Assembly (NCBI GenBank): GCA_022813965.1
Contig: JALDZS010000146.1
Coordinates: forward strand, 1-62,389
DNA length: 62,389 nt
DNA from: Toensbergia leucococca
Lineage: Eukaryota
Direction: 5' to 3'
Positions within the stretch are counted from its first letter, which is position 1, and every line of letters starts with the position of its first letter. The notes under the pieces are model-generated. The model was given only the letters and a program-made list of their open reading frames with translations. It had not been told where the DNA came from and made no database searches. This document shows positions 25,206 to 37,826 of this stretch, one piece after another. A program made the position numbers and the translations under genes.

Positions 25206-25739
25206 CTTAGATCTTCATCATTGTATCGTGAATACCAATTGAGTAAGCAATGGAGAGAATCTATTCAATGTCATCGTCCTGAGGAGGGGGAGCTGGATTC
25301 ATTAACAGTGTAGGGTGTTTAGTACTCCGTAACCGTATTCTAGTCGAGGGTAGAATACCGCGTGAGCTCGTCTCGCGTTTACACTGTTATTCTAGAAGAA
25401 AAGGCCACCGTCACCACCGCAATCTAGTTCTCAACAGCTTTAGGGCACCGAGGCACGCTCGGCACGGTACGAATGAAGTTTTCGGAATTGAGAAACATCT
25501 CGCATCAGACCTGATGAGGAGCGCTGGATATCCCATTTTTGAAAGTTTACCTCCTTCTAGGAAAGGTAGATTGATCTCTTTCTACTTCACTCTCTACGTG
25601 TCTATGTTCATATAGCGCAATGGACTCTCCCTTAGTAGATCCATACATATCTACTTCCTTAATCACACCGAGTGAACACATCAAACATCAACATCAGTTT
25701 TCCCAACTCTCTCCCAATAGTCTAGATTCTCCAACTTTC

Positions 25740-26950
25740 TTATACGCGCGATGATGGGAGGAAGAGCGGTCGGCGGTGTCGTTGCCGCCATTATAGTACT
25801 CAGGAGCTATGAAGAATCCACGTCACGGTAAGCAAACATCTCGAGTTACGACCTCAGAATAAGTACTCATGATTTAGCTCGTGTACTCCAACACCAATGA
25901 CGAGGTGGCTCGAGTGGGATTTGGACAGGTGGCTTCGCCGTTTTCGCAGTACTGAATACAACAGACGTCCATTAGAGATATGGTACTCTGTGGAAAGAAT
26001 GACGCAGAAAAACAAGAAGCTGCGGGACTTGTCGTTGAAGTGCTCAAGTATGCAAGATCCTTTCGAATTTGACGTACGAGGATGTGAGACTCTTTTCCCT
26101 GTGAGTTGGCTTCTGATTTCTCATATTAGAGAATGACTACAAGCCTTGATGCTCTAAAAATTTGTTAACATATATGAGTGACTCACGAAGGGTCAGCGGG
26201 TAGATGCTTTCACTGCCGCGGTCATTATGGCTGAGACAGACATTTTCAAGTAGCGGATCATCATGACTTATTTGCGTTTGTGCGAGTAGGTAGGTAATTC
26301 TCAAACACAAGGCGCTTAAGTAGTTGAAAAGCAGTACTCATCAATAATGCGTCAACGCTCATCAAGTACTTCAACAGCACTTTATCTCCCTTCTGGCGTT
26401 ATTCGAAACGAGGTGCTGAACTTTAGTAAGAGCAACAGTTCCTGGCGCTCAATTATCTCTGCTGGTTCCAACACTGTTTTTCTGATTGTCTTCTGACGTG
26501 AGCTTGATCTACATTCATCGTAAGCACCTCGTCGTGTATAGTCATTCATTTTCTTCCTAATCTTCAAACACTCATGATGAGATTGTTGTATACTAGGTTG
26601 GCGTCACTTCCAAGCGTTTCTCTTTACAGATTTGACTAAAAAAAATGCAGAAATCATGAGATATTGGTATGTCATCTAAATTCAAGTGCCGCCTCAATGA
26701 GAGTATGTTGAGGCTCATGAAGAGAGACTTTGATAGACGGTGTTTTTGAGATGAGATTCCCGAATCCACGGGAAGCAGGCAGCCGTACTGGTATTCGCGT
26801 ATCACTTTACTCTGCAGGACAGCTAAAGAGATATTTTGTCATCATCTTAATTCGCATAAGGTGGAGAGAAGAGAGTTTAAAGCCTTGTATATCTCGTGTC
26901 AGTGAAAATACTGTATTCAGTGGTGTATTTCTAGAGGAGAGGTTGAGATC
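25740..26950 (+). pseudogene. Decayed multi-exon gene fragment of unknown family
   Basis: Intron-like GTAAGC...ACTCAT...TAG at ~25828-25877 joins protein-like frames broken by TGA stops; further donor-like sites downstream. Confidence 0.3.
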
Positions 26951-28116
26951 ATGGCAGAGAAAAGGCCAGACGGATTACACGCAGTATCATACTAGTACCT
27001 TAGTCTCGAAATCATTGTGTATTATGTATTTCCCCACGTCTGGATGATTACGCGGCGTATTTAGTGCTCCAATCAAGGTGGATAGGAGGCAAATTGTCGT
27101 CCCGCTCACCAATTTAGTAGCGTTCTAACGTAATTTGATAGGAGCAAGGAGAACCCAAGTCGGAGCTTTTTAGCGTGGTCCCCTGCTTTTCGGGAACTAC
27201 TTTAGTGGAGGAATCAATAATCAGCGTGATCGACAGTGGAGGAGTCAGAAGTATTATGCTGATGATGGGACTTGGACAATCTGGTCAGCATACGGGACGG
27301 GTGGGTGGTATATTGAGTTCTCCTGATCACTTGCAGCCGACATCAATATGAGCGTCATGCCTGAATATGACTACCTACCTAAGCTCGCTAGATAGTCTAC
27401 AATCATGTCAATACGTAGCGAGGAAGACTATGTACCAATTCGTATTGTCTGAATCCAATGCGTGAATTGGCTTCAGTGCTATCCGCCACCGGATTCAGAG
27501 TTGGCACGCATTGAATTTTGGACAATCAAATTACCGCGCGAAGCTAGTGTCGGTTATTTTGATTAGCTGGCTGATTTCACTCTCCCCTCGTAGAATACCA
27601 CTGCACCTTAGCTTTCACCTCCTCCCTCGACCCGATCAACCACTATCTCACTTCCTCACTTCCCTCTCAAGGTCTCTAGATCTTCTGGCTCGATACTGGC
27701 AGACGTAGTCTTGCTCAGTATCGTCGCCGTCCACTCCTTTTTCGCATCTTTAATTCGCATCCACTCTCATTTGCAGTGTGAGTATTGTGTAGCCTGCTCT
27801 TACTAATTTCTTTAATCACACATTAACTTCTTCAACCTACCTGAAACTAATTCTCTCACTGCTGCAGACATTTATCGAAGCGATTCAGCGATTTCCTAGT
27901 CATCGAGCTCAACAACCGTACACCTCGAGAACTTCGACCACTCTTTTTCGAACGTCACTACTAGCAGAATATTTGTGTCATAACACAATTACTCGAACTT
28001 GTTCTTGAGACACACCTGGAACACTGTACTTTGGGGCAATTCACCAACTCGTGCAATAATTGGACCAGGCCTACCATTCCTACAACTCAAATCATAAGGA
28101 TAGTGACACCTTGAGG

Positions 28117-30828
28117 ATGGCCGAGGTCTCTATTCCTCGGCAGCTCCCCATCTACGAGGATCAGACACCAGCCGACCCGTTAGGATCCGGTCACTTAAGC
28201 ACGAACCCAATTATTCTCTCCGGACCTGAGCCAAATCCACCATTCGTCTTCCCTGTGCAAGCTGAAACAAACAACACAGAAGATCCCGGCAACAGTAATG
28301 CCTCCGAAGCTCACGTTAGTACTAGGCGTTCCATCAATCGCTCAAGACCTCAACGACTGTCAATGAACGCTTTACCAGCGTTCGATTTTCATCCATCTAC
28401 CTCAGATAACAGTACCACAAATGCAGCCGCATCTTCACGTTCCCCAGCAAGGAGCATACCGACAGGTCCTCACACTAGTGGACATCGAAGAAATGGTAGT
28501 GAATTCATTGGAGGCGATGGGCAGGCTGGTGGACCTGGACTCATGAGTACGAGTCCGACAAAAAACGAAGGAGCGTTGCCTGCGCCCCCAAACGCTAGAC
28601 TCGGACCTCCTGGCGGGAGACGTGGTCATGCTCACCGTCGTTCTGGTGCTGTCTCCAGTCATGATCTTTCAATGATTATGAAACCTTCGAGTGAGAATCA
28701 TTCGGAAGCACGAGGAAGTAGTGCGCCGACCACTCCGTTGGACACGCAAAATCAACGTAGCTTCCTGCCTGAAGACGATATGTCTTCACCTCGGTCTGCA
28801 ACCGCACCATCCTCCCAAGCTTCCTCACCGGTTGCAAGGCGCCGCGAAAACGTTTCGACCAGTGGTCTTCCTAGAGCACGAGTTGGCTTCTCGGACACCG
28901 TGGAATTCATCCCTCGTCCACTATCAACTATATCATCCGAGACGTCGAGTAGCATGTCGACCATTCGCCCTAACCATTCCGTCACTGATAGCATCACGTC
29001 TACGATTAGCACTGGTCCATCAAGCCCACCATCCGCAAAGGCTTCAAGATCTTTGCTTGACGTAACGTATGAGCAAGAAGCTGCAGAACCCCGGCCAAGG
29101 ACTGCGGGCGCTGTCCTGCATGGTTCTTCACAAGACTTTGGCCTCGAACAGAGTACCAAAGCCCACAAGCGTCCATCTTCAGCATCAGCGTCACGCTCTG
29201 TACCTATGGGTGCAGACTTGGATATCTCGCCAGCAAGGAGGAGGATATTTGGCGATGGACGTGGCAGTGGGATATCTCCGAAGAATTCTGCAAGTGGAAA
29301 ATTAGGCGAGCCTACCAACATAACCCAGTCGAATCTTTTTGCTCCACCTAAAGAGAGGCCCAAAAGCCATCGCACAAGTCAACGCCCAATTTCTCAGAGT
29401 AGCTCACCGCTGAGTAGGCCAAGATCCTCACCAGAGCCCAAGATTTCGAAAAAGCAGAGAAAGGTTCCATCGTGGGCTGGGTCGATGCTGACTCGCAAGG
29501 CAAGACCTCGCACCCCTAAAGAGAAAATTGTTGCTCGTCGATCCCCAACTCCACCTCTTCGCAACTTCGCACCTCCAGATGACTTTCCTCTTGAGGAAGT
29601 AAACTTCGACGAAGACACATCGTGTGTTATCCATACTCCATTCAACGATACGCCTCGGACTACCAGAGCTCAGACAGATTTCTCTAATTGGAGGCCCCGC
29701 CAATCGAGTCCCACTTTGGAATATGATTCACTTAGCCCCATGCTAGATCTTGATGCGGCATTGGGCCCTTTCAATACCCCGAGCTTGGGTCCAGAGTCAG
29801 GTGACACGTCTACCGGAGGCTTTTCATTAGCGAGACGTCGAATGCACAGCAGTGGGGCTACTGGAGGGTTTACTGGGCCTGGGATGCATTATCACCGCCG
29901 TGCAGAGAGCGCGCCGGAAATGGTCGCCATCAATCGTCAGATATTTGGCTTACACCGTTTAGGTAGTGATTCTAATATGGCTGATGTTTTCGAAGAGGAA
30001 GAGGAAGACGAAGGTCTTGCGAAAGGATCGGCGGAAGGGCTTCTTGGACTCGGTGTGGAAATTGTCGACATTAATAGTACCGAAGATGGCTCCCTTCAAC
30101 CAAGCACCGAGACTGAGCAAGATGAATCGTACAATTCTCTAGGAGCTGGAATCGATTCTGAGGGTGCTAATCTCATTGAGATTGTGCATGCAGAGGAGGA
30201 ACCTCGCGCTTCTATGGTCACGAAGTCTTCTGACGAATCTACCGTAACTCCTAGGCTGTCACACGACCCCCTCATCAATCGTCCTGCTTCTGCACCCATC
30301 GATTTTGCCCTACCTCGATCAGGTTTTCTCTCTAGAACCCCTGAAACACCCTCGTCAGCAGTCTCGTCTCCAGATTTCGATACGACCTCCTTTGACATTC
30401 CTCGTATCAATACAGCAACCTCTTCCATTACTGACCGGGTAACATGGAGTTCGTCTCGAACGGGCGATCAATCTCTAGATCGCGGTTCTGTTGATGATGT
30501 GCCCTCGTTGACAAGCAGTGCATCAACTATGATGAGTGCTCATCCTCCTCGATTCTCAAGCAGCGCGGGTACCCGGTCCTCTGCTGAACGTTCTTCCTCA
30601 TTTTCGGCCGTAGTACCTCCACGAACACGCTCCAACGACACGGGCAAGCGCTCAAGTCTTGCTAGTCTCTCAAGGTTAGTAGGAAGCTCTTACGGCGAGA
30701 AAAGCAAATTATCTCAGGAAGAGCGCGCTCAGCCTGATAATGCCGAGAGATCGGAAAAGAAGAAAGGTAATCGGATAAGTCGGCTAATGCAGTTCTGGAA
30801 ATCTAAAGAAAAGTCCGCTTCTTCCTGA
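28117..30828 (+). CDS. Large Ser/Pro-rich conserved protein (often annotated as cell wall proline-rich protein)
   Basis: Uninterrupted ~903 aa ORF from the first ATG; motifs GHRRNGSEFIGGD, GHAHRRSGAVSSHDL, LDLDAALGPFNTP and HRRAESAP. Confidence 0.85.
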   Translation: MAEVSIPRQLPIYEDQTPADPLGSGHLSTNPIILSGPEPNPPFVFPVQAETNNTEDPGNSNASEAHVSTRRSINRSRPQRLSMNALPAFDFHPSTSDNSTTNAAASSRSPARSIPTGPHTSGHRRNGSEFIGGDGQAGGPGLMSTSPTKNEGALPAPPNARLGPPGGRRGHAHRRSGAVSSHDLSMIMKPSSENHSEARGSSAPTTPLDTQNQRSFLPEDDMSSPRSATAPSSQASSPVARRRENVSTSGLPRARVGFSDTVEFIPRPLSTISSETSSSMSTIRPNHSVTDSITSTISTGPSSPPSAKASRSLLDVTYEQEAAEPRPRTAGAVLHGSSQDFGLEQSTKAHKRPSSASASRSVPMGADLDISPARRRIFGDGRGSGISPKNSASGKLGEPTNITQSNLFAPPKERPKSHRTSQRPISQSSSPLSRPRSSPEPKISKKQRKVPSWAGSMLTRKARPRTPKEKIVARRSPTPPLRNFAPPDDFPLEEVNFDEDTSCVIHTPFNDTPRTTRAQTDFSNWRPRQSSPTLEYDSLSPMLDLDAALGPFNTPSLGPESGDTSTGGFSLARRRMHSSGATGGFTGPGMHYHRRAESAPEMVAINRQIFGLHRLGSDSNMADVFEEEEEDEGLAKGSAEGLLGLGVEIVDINSTEDGSLQPSTETEQDESYNSLGAGIDSEGANLIEIVHAEEEPRASMVTKSSDESTVTPRLSHDPLINRPASAPIDFALPRSGFLSRTPETPSSAVSSPDFDTTSFDIPRINTATSSITDRVTWSSSRTGDQSLDRGSVDDVPSLTSSASTMMSAHPPRFSSSAGTRSSAERSSSFSAVVPPRTRSNDTGKRSSLASLSRLVGSSYGEKSKLSQEERAQPDNAERSEKKKGNRISRLMQFWKSKEKSASS

Positions 30829-32415
30829 GGGCGATACGTTTTCTGGCACTGTCGCTCGACATAATCCCAAGAATCGTCGGTTGATTTGAAGGGTACTCAA
30901 CTCTGGCACGGACATCACTCTCGCTACTGCCTTTGCTCGACGCTAAGAACCATCTGCAAGTATCCACTGAGGCTGATCTCGCACTTCTTGCTCTCAAATA
31001 TCATGCCTCTTCCAACCCTTTGCATCAGAGGCTTTCGCCCACTTACTCTCTTCTCTATAGCGAGCATGGCGGTTTCTCTCTTTCAAGCGGTCTCATTCCC
31101 CAAAATATACATCTCCCCTTTCCACTTCATGTTTTCGAATCAGTCGACCGAATCAAATCAGACCACCCCTCATATCTTGTAGCGATTTTCCCCATGTCTT
31201 TTTCTATCTTCGAGACCAGCCGGCGTAGCCAACAAACAGCATAGGAGGGGACATTTGGAGCTCTTTTAGCAAGGCAAGGCAGTTAGTCGAGATAGATGAC
31301 TTTTTTCAATCAAGACGAATTTATGAATATTCCTTCACACTTTTACCATATGTTCTGAGTACTGTGTATCTTCTTGTGGTGTGTTAACAATGCCGAGCTA
31401 CTATCTACACACTCCCTGAGATCGGATGATTTGATGATGGGAGTACACTTTCTACGTCACAACCTTTGCGATATCTCCATGCCCTATTGTGCGGATACTA
31501 GTCAAGATTCAGTTGTCAAACACAGAACCCGAGAGACAGTCCTTGTATCTGAGCTGCCAATACCTTCTTACAGCCAATTCGGAAATAGTCTATAGACTCG
31601 ATGTGGTCAGGGATGCCTTGTCTATGATGAGAGTAATAGCAAGGGACCAAAATCAAAAAAAGCTTATCCAGTTGATTTGTATTGACAAAAAACGGACCGA
31701 GCCACGTCGCATTGCGGCTCTGGAGCCCTGAAGCTTGGCCGCTAGCCGCTAGCCGCTAGCAGCGCACTATTGTACCTAGTTCCTGCCTAATGTTTGAGCT
31801 AAGGAGCTTCTTTTTGCATCAATAACAATGATCCACAATTCACGTTGAATAGTACAGGCGATGAGTGAGGATTCTATGCGATGCAAAGACATATATACAA
31901 GCATTACCTTACCTCCTACTTACATCTGCTTTGATTTAAACGAGCGGATATAAGTCCTTCGATCCCTCCTAGCATTTCTTCTGAGAATCAACTTGGGTTT
32001 CACTAACCATGACAAGGGCTTACCTAGACGTTTCTCTCGTGGCGGAAGGTCTAGAAATACTCTGACGGAGCTCAAGACTATTGTCAACCGGGTGTTGGTA
32101 CACTGACTATTTCACTAGAAACGTCAACATTTCCCGACGCAGGAAGAGCGTGTTGTCGGCAGTTGTAATACAGAACGGATGTATTCTCACCAAATCAATG
32201 CTTCCATTTCAGCGAGTAATCGGGATGTTCGCGGCTCCCAGCTCCTAAAACCAATAATCGGGTTCTTTCACGAAATATATAAATTCGGACAAATAGCAAA
32301 ATTTTCTATAGTTGAGCCGACTTTTATACCGATAAGATCCTTCCCCGTGGTCTCTATACATGCTTTCTGTTTGCCAGTGTATCGAATTGGATAATCTCAC
32401 CACCGTACAACCCAA

Positions 32416-32910
32416 ATGCTCCGTCTGTACAAAACCCTCATAAGTCTTACAATTTTACTCCCCCTCACACTCAGCCGTCCAAACCCTCTTATCAGCCAGC
32501 TCTTAGACCGCGCTGCCGGAATTAATGGAGACGACGGCTCTAACGAAGGCGTATCTTGCAGCGCTGATGACAGCACCGCAACCATAGCTAATTTCACCTT
32601 ATACCCCGCATGGCACAGATCCATGTTCGACTGCCTGTACCGTCTGGACGCAGATAATTGGGATGGCACAGAATGCGTACCCACAACGACCGACGGCACC
32701 AACACGCCCCTCGGTCCGAGCTTTGGCTTTTACAAGTCGCACAGTTTGCTTTTTGGTAGCGGGCAGGACTGCTTCAACCATTGTCGGGATTGCTTGGCTG
32801 AGGGAATTGATGTTCAGCTTGCTGTTACTACCCATTGTGATTATACAGTCAATGTTGCGGGGCCGGGGATACAGGCGCATTGTGGGATGGGGTTTGATTA
32901 TGGGACATGA
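32416..32910 (+). CDS. Small secreted cysteine-rich protein, 164 aa, 8 Cys
   Basis: Signal peptide MLRLYKTLISLTILLPLTLS; CxxxCxxC core; single exon. Confidence 0.8.
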   Translation: MLRLYKTLISLTILLPLTLSRPNPLISQLLDRAAGINGDDGSNEGVSCSADDSTATIANFTLYPAWHRSMFDCLYRLDADNWDGTECVPTTTDGTNTPLGPSFGFYKSHSLLFGSGQDCFNHCRDCLAEGIDVQLAVTTHCDYTVNVAGPGIQAHCGMGFDYGT

Positions 32911-33752
32911 TGAGGGGAGGAGTGCTAAGGTTTGTGTCTTCAACGGGGGGATGCTGCTGAATGATTTGGAGAATTGGGGTTAACGATGATGATCAGGTGG
33001 AATGACTGAGCAAAATCGTGCTGGCAGCAACAATTAGGCCGTGTTATATAGAATATCGGGCTTGACCTTGAGTGGGCGACTTTTACCCTTCCCACACAGA
33101 CAGAATTATGTGCTGATTTTCCAAGACTTGAATTCTTATCGATCTAATGAGGGGATACTAGGCTAGCTATATAGGCAGATCTCCTGTCGGTATTCGCTAT
33201 GATGACTAGATGCGGTTCACCGAATCAGGAAGATCAGTGTTCCTATCATTACCCACATGCCCAAAATGGTCATGGCATACCGAATCGCCATGGCCATTGC
33301 GGGTGTGGCCTGAATAGGCCTAATCTACTACCAAATCCTCAACGTCATGCACTTTCACATTTTAGCAAACAGACGCAAAGACAGACAAGAATCCGAAGAT
33401 GATGGTCCGAGAATAAAAGAGGACAACGTTGTTTGCAGTAGAAGCATGGCCGAGAGCTTGACATGGTAGAACTGACCGAAATGATATTTCCTTTCCCTCT
33501 GAAATCATAATACACAAGGAAAATAAAATCGCAACGCAAAGAAATAATGCACCCAAACCAAAAGATTAACAAAACTTGGAATTACATCGAGTAAAAATTT
33601 TCCTGGCCAAACTTCCCAATAACCGTCAACTCAGCCCTACGCCAAGCCTTCCCCAGATTCCTACCGCCCCGAGCCGCCCCTCCCCCAACCTCAATCCCCG
33701 CCCCCCAGTCAAACCACACCCTCCCCATTCCACACCCCCCAACCCACCAAAA

Positions 33753-34485
33753 ATGCCTCCCCCAAGTACCCGCACCCCAACCCCCCCAGCCCCAAAACGC
33801 CTCCTCCACGAACTCTCAACCTACACCCAAGACCCAAACCCGATCCTCCAGCACCTATCCCCCGTCTCGGATGCGCAAATCCTGCACTGGGAAGCCGTGA
33901 TGCGCGGGGTGCCGGGGACGGCCTATGAAGGTGCGTTCCCCTTTTTTTAAAAAAAAAACAAATATCCCCGTGGTTGGAAGGGAAAGGGGAGGAGGAGGAA
34001 GGAGATTGTGGGGGGGACGGGGGGCTGATGAAAGTTATGAAAAATAAATAGATGGCCTCTGGGCGCTCGCTCTCACGGTTCCGGAGACTTATCCCATGAC
34101 TCCGCCGCAAGTCCGGTTTGTGACGCCGATTTGTCACCCGAATGTGCATTTTAAGGTCCCTCCCTCCCTCCTCCTCCTACCCCCCCCAAGTCCTCCCAAT
34201 CCCCTCCCGCACCCATCCGCGAAAGCACAGAGCTAAACCCCCCCCTCGAAATATATTTAGACCGGCGAAATCTGCCTCGACCTCCTCAAAACCTCCTGGA
34301 CGCCAGCATACACGCTCTCGTCGACGCTGACGGCTGTGCATCAGCTGCTGCGGTATCCCGAGGTGGATAGCCCGCTGAATGTGGATGTGGCGGGGTTGAT
34401 GAGGCAGGGGGATGGGGTTGGGGCGGAGGGGTTGGTGCGGTTTTGTTGTGGGGAGTGGAGGTGGGAGGGGGGAGGGGGGAGATAG
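33753..34485 (+). CDS. PEX4: Peroxisomal ubiquitin-conjugating enzyme Pex4; introns 33931-34051 and 34156-34260
   Basis: KRLLHEL, HWEAVMRG, YPMTPP, ICHPNVHFK/TGEICLDLLK and PEVDSPLNVD. Confidence 0.88.
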
Positions 34486-34621
34486 CGGGGAGGTTGCTTG
34501 GGATTGAGGGAGGGGAGGAGTTTCTGGCGTTTCTGGGAGTTTAGGGGGAAGGGAAGGAAAGGGAGTTGGCTGTTCATATGAGTTGTGGGAATTGTGGACT
34601 TGAGACATAGGGTTCTATTGA

Positions 34622-35923
34622 CTAGTCGAATGGGACTCTTCTAAATGCTTCGCTGCCACTGTGTTTCCTTGATTCTTCCGCTGCGGCAACGGTGCTGGGG
34701 ATTTTGATACCGCAGCAGTCGCCCCATGCGTTGTCTCTATGGACATGTTTCGCACCATTCTTATCGATAATCAGCTCTCCGCCTTCTTTTTCATCCTCCT
34801 CTGGTTTTAATCCGCTATCTCCCTCCTTACTCATGCCTTCCACGGCCGGTACTAGACTACCAAATAAGAAGTGCTGCATTACTGGTAATTTCCCCATCAC
34901 CTCCTTCACAAACATTCTCCTCATACCCTGCTCCACTTTTTCCCAGTTCTTGGCCCCGGAGATATCATCCAGCATCGGCTGGGTCCATTTCAAGCCCTTG
35001 ACCGTTTTCGTGGCCATGGTGTACCTCACCATTCCCAGGTAAAGATACTCGTCACCCTCTTCTTCGAGCACCAGCTCGTTGTGGATACTAAGAGGTCGTA
35101 TGAAGGGATGATGTAAGAGCTGGGAAGCTCCGAAGAGAAATGGTAGGAAGTGGTAATCATCTAGCCCCCATACGCCGTGAGAACCTGCGGGCTCGAGATA
35201 ATACGTACTCTGCAACTTTCGCAAGAGACGCAAATATTGGGGGAACACGAGCAGTATCACAGCGGGAAAGCTGGAAGGGGGAAGCAAGGAGAGTCGATTC
35301 AGGCAAAGGAGCCAGGTTATGAAGTTGAGCTCGTGGCCAGAACCGTAGTCAATACGGGCACGGTTGCCAAAGGAGTGGTGGAAGTATGTTGAGATCTCCG
35401 ATATTGCGCTGGGAGAGTTGACGCCAAGGGAGGTATGCCAGGAGGAAGATTGGGTGGAGACGGAGTCGAGGAAGAAGCGGAAGGACGGGTTGCCGAAGCG
35501 AGAACCACCCTGGTCAGTAGGAGGACAGGAGAAAATCGTTTCCTCGACCGAGGATAGGATAGACAGGAGAGGTTGAATTATTGATGGTGAGGAAGCGAGG
35601 GGAAGCGAGGAGATTTTCCTGTCGGCGACGGATTCCGAAAGTGAGAAGACGAAGGAGATGATGAGGGAATAGGTGGGGGACGCGAGGAAAAGATCATGGT
35701 CACGGGAGGATAAGATTCGCCGAGTGGGCACAATGAAGCTGAGGGTGGAAGGTTTTGGGGGAGGTGGTAGTATGGGAGTCTCGGGGATGGGGAGAGGATT
35801 CTGGGTTTGAGTAGACCTTTTTCGAGGTGTTAGTCGGGGAAGCTTGGCAGGAAAATCGGGTTTGGTGGCTGAGATGGCATGAGGACGAAAGGGCAATGAT
35901 ACAGTACCGACCGCTGAAGACAT
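34622..35923 (-). CDS. RRD2: PP2A phosphatase activator (PTPA) Rrd2
   Basis: SRFGN, RIDYGSGHELNF, LEPAGSHGVWGLDDYHFLPFLFG, WGDCCGIKIPS and C-terminal PFD. Confidence 0.92.
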   Translation of the reverse strand: MSSAVGTVSLPFRPHAISATKPDFPAKLPRLTPRKRSTQTQNPLPIPETPILPPPPKPSTLSFIVPTRRILSSRDHDLFLASPTYSLIISFVFSLSESVADRKISSLPLASSPSIIQPLLSILSSVEETIFSCPPTDQGGSRFGNPSFRFFLDSVSTQSSSWHTSLGVNSPSAISEISTYFHHSFGNRARIDYGSGHELNFITWLLCLNRLSLLPPSSFPAVILLVFPQYLRLLRKLQSTYYLEPAGSHGVWGLDDYHFLPFLFGASQLLHHPFIRPLSIHNELVLEEEGDEYLYLGMVRYTMATKTVKGLKWTQPMLDDISGAKNWEKVEQGMRRMFVKEVMGKLPVMQHFLFGSLVPAVEGMSKEGDSGLKPEEDEKEGGELIIDKNGAKHVHRDNAWGDCCGIKIPSTVAAAEESRKHSGSEAFRRVPFD

Positions 35924-36100
35924 AATGCGGCCCAAATACTCAAAGAACGTTGCTACTTGGTGGTCCAAGTGAACATGGCACTCATGGGTGTTCTCGCCTT
36001 GTAGGGCCGAGGGGGGTATGGATGATAATAGCCGAGGGCTGTGGGGGTACTCTGTATTGTATGAAAAGTCTTGCAAGCCGATAAATATTCATCTAATATC

Positions 36101-36965
36101 ATGGTCCAACACCTCTCGAACGTGACGCTTTCATCTTTGCATCGAGCAGACGGCTCTGCAACATTCTCATGTAATGGCTATTGCATTATTGGCGCTGTCA
36201 ATGGTCCCATTGAAGTACAAAGGAGGGACGAACTGCCAGAAGAAGCAGCTATTGATGTCGTTGTAAGACCAGCTGCTGGCGTTGGAGGTATCTACTGTCT
36301 TGTCGAGACTCAAGGTGGTCATTGAACTTAATCGTGTTTACAGGAGTACGAGAAAGACACATAGAGTCAATCATCCAAACCACGCTTCGCCATGTTATAT
36401 TAATTTCAGCCCATCCTCGAACACTGATACAGGTCACACTCCAGGTCGTCGCGACTCCAGAAGATGACTCTGCCTCTGGGTTGCACTTGCAAGCTGCATC
36501 AGTATTTTTTACTGTTCCTCGTGACTTGATAACTCTAACGGCTTACGATAGATTCTACCTATTCTTCCAGCCCTTTTGCAGACATCTTTATTAGCGCTTC
36601 TATCTACCTCCATACCACTGTCCATGACTTTTACATCCACTCTTGTTGCCGTCAGTAAAGACGAAACTATAGTGCAAGACCCTTCAGACCAAGACCTGCA
36701 CATGGCAGCTTCAGTTCACGTTCTAGCTTTTTCTTCTAAAGGTGACTTGATCGTTATCGAGAGTGAAGGTGACTTCAATATTGACATCTGGGAGAAAGTC
36801 TTTGAGGAAGCGAGACATATATGTCGAGGTAATGAATTGGGCAATGGCGATAGCGAAGACATTAGCATGAGCGGACAGGATGCAACAAGTTTGGAGAGTT
36901 CTTTAAGAGAGGTTATGCAAGAAAAAGTAGCTAAAGAGCAGAGGTGGAAAGAGAGTCTAGCCTGA
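36101..36965 (+). CDS. RRP46: Exosome RNase PH-like subunit Rrp46; 2 introns
   Basis: LHRADGSATF, AVNGPIEV, DVVVRPAAG and HPRTLIQVTLQV. Confidence 0.88.
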
Positions 36966-37826
36966 AAATTGGCATGGAAGACTCCCAGAATCAATTCAGA
37001 AGGGAATTTGAGAAGAGCTTCCGAGCAACATTGGTCATTCAAGGACAGATGACGATAACGATTCCTTCATAATAGACTTCGAAGAGATCCCTTTGACAGC
37101 GAATATCAATAGATCAGCTAATTTCAAGGACCCCGGGAGATGTGGATTCCAGTGGTTGTCAACGTCTCAAGAGTCTTCAATCATCTGTATGGGTAGAGGC
37201 CTTGAATTCAAGCAGCAGGAATTGAACACAATTAGTAGACAATACAATTCGCTCAGCGAAGTGACTCGATTTGTTAGCTTTCTACCTGCGTGAGGTTTCA
37301 CTATCACACCTGCCGTGTGCATGTTGGCCTAGAAGCGCTTCTTCGGCAGCCATTCAATCATAAATGCAAAGAAGCATGTGCATGCTCATCATACCTGCAG
37401 TAGATCTGAATCTCAAGTTTGCACATACTGTTAGCAGGACGATTACTCTGTTCTCTGTTTCAAAGAGCATATGACAAAATTGGAGACCAAGAATAGATCA
37501 CTCTTAATCATTTCGCTCAATTCCCCATCAACAGCCCGACGTCACCATCGTCAAGTTGCCCGAGAAAATTAGGCCCACTGCCCGAGTAACATCCTAGAAC
37601 ATCCCTCGAAGCCTCGCATCTTTGGCCAGAACATCTCCTCGTCCATATTGGGTACAAACCTTCGCATTGGACGCTCTTGCTTAAGAGTACCCACACATTA
37701 TGCTCTGTCAGCATTGAGCTCACGGGAACGCCGACAAGCCCGTCAGAGCTACCCTAATCTACGAGGCGTACAAGAAGCCCTTTGGCCTTGAAGAAAGCAC
37801 GTCGATCATTTCTTCGATTACACACC

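Noticed and set aside
31738..31760. (GCCGCTA)x3 micro-repeat
   Set aside because: Ordinary short tandem repeat with no further structure.
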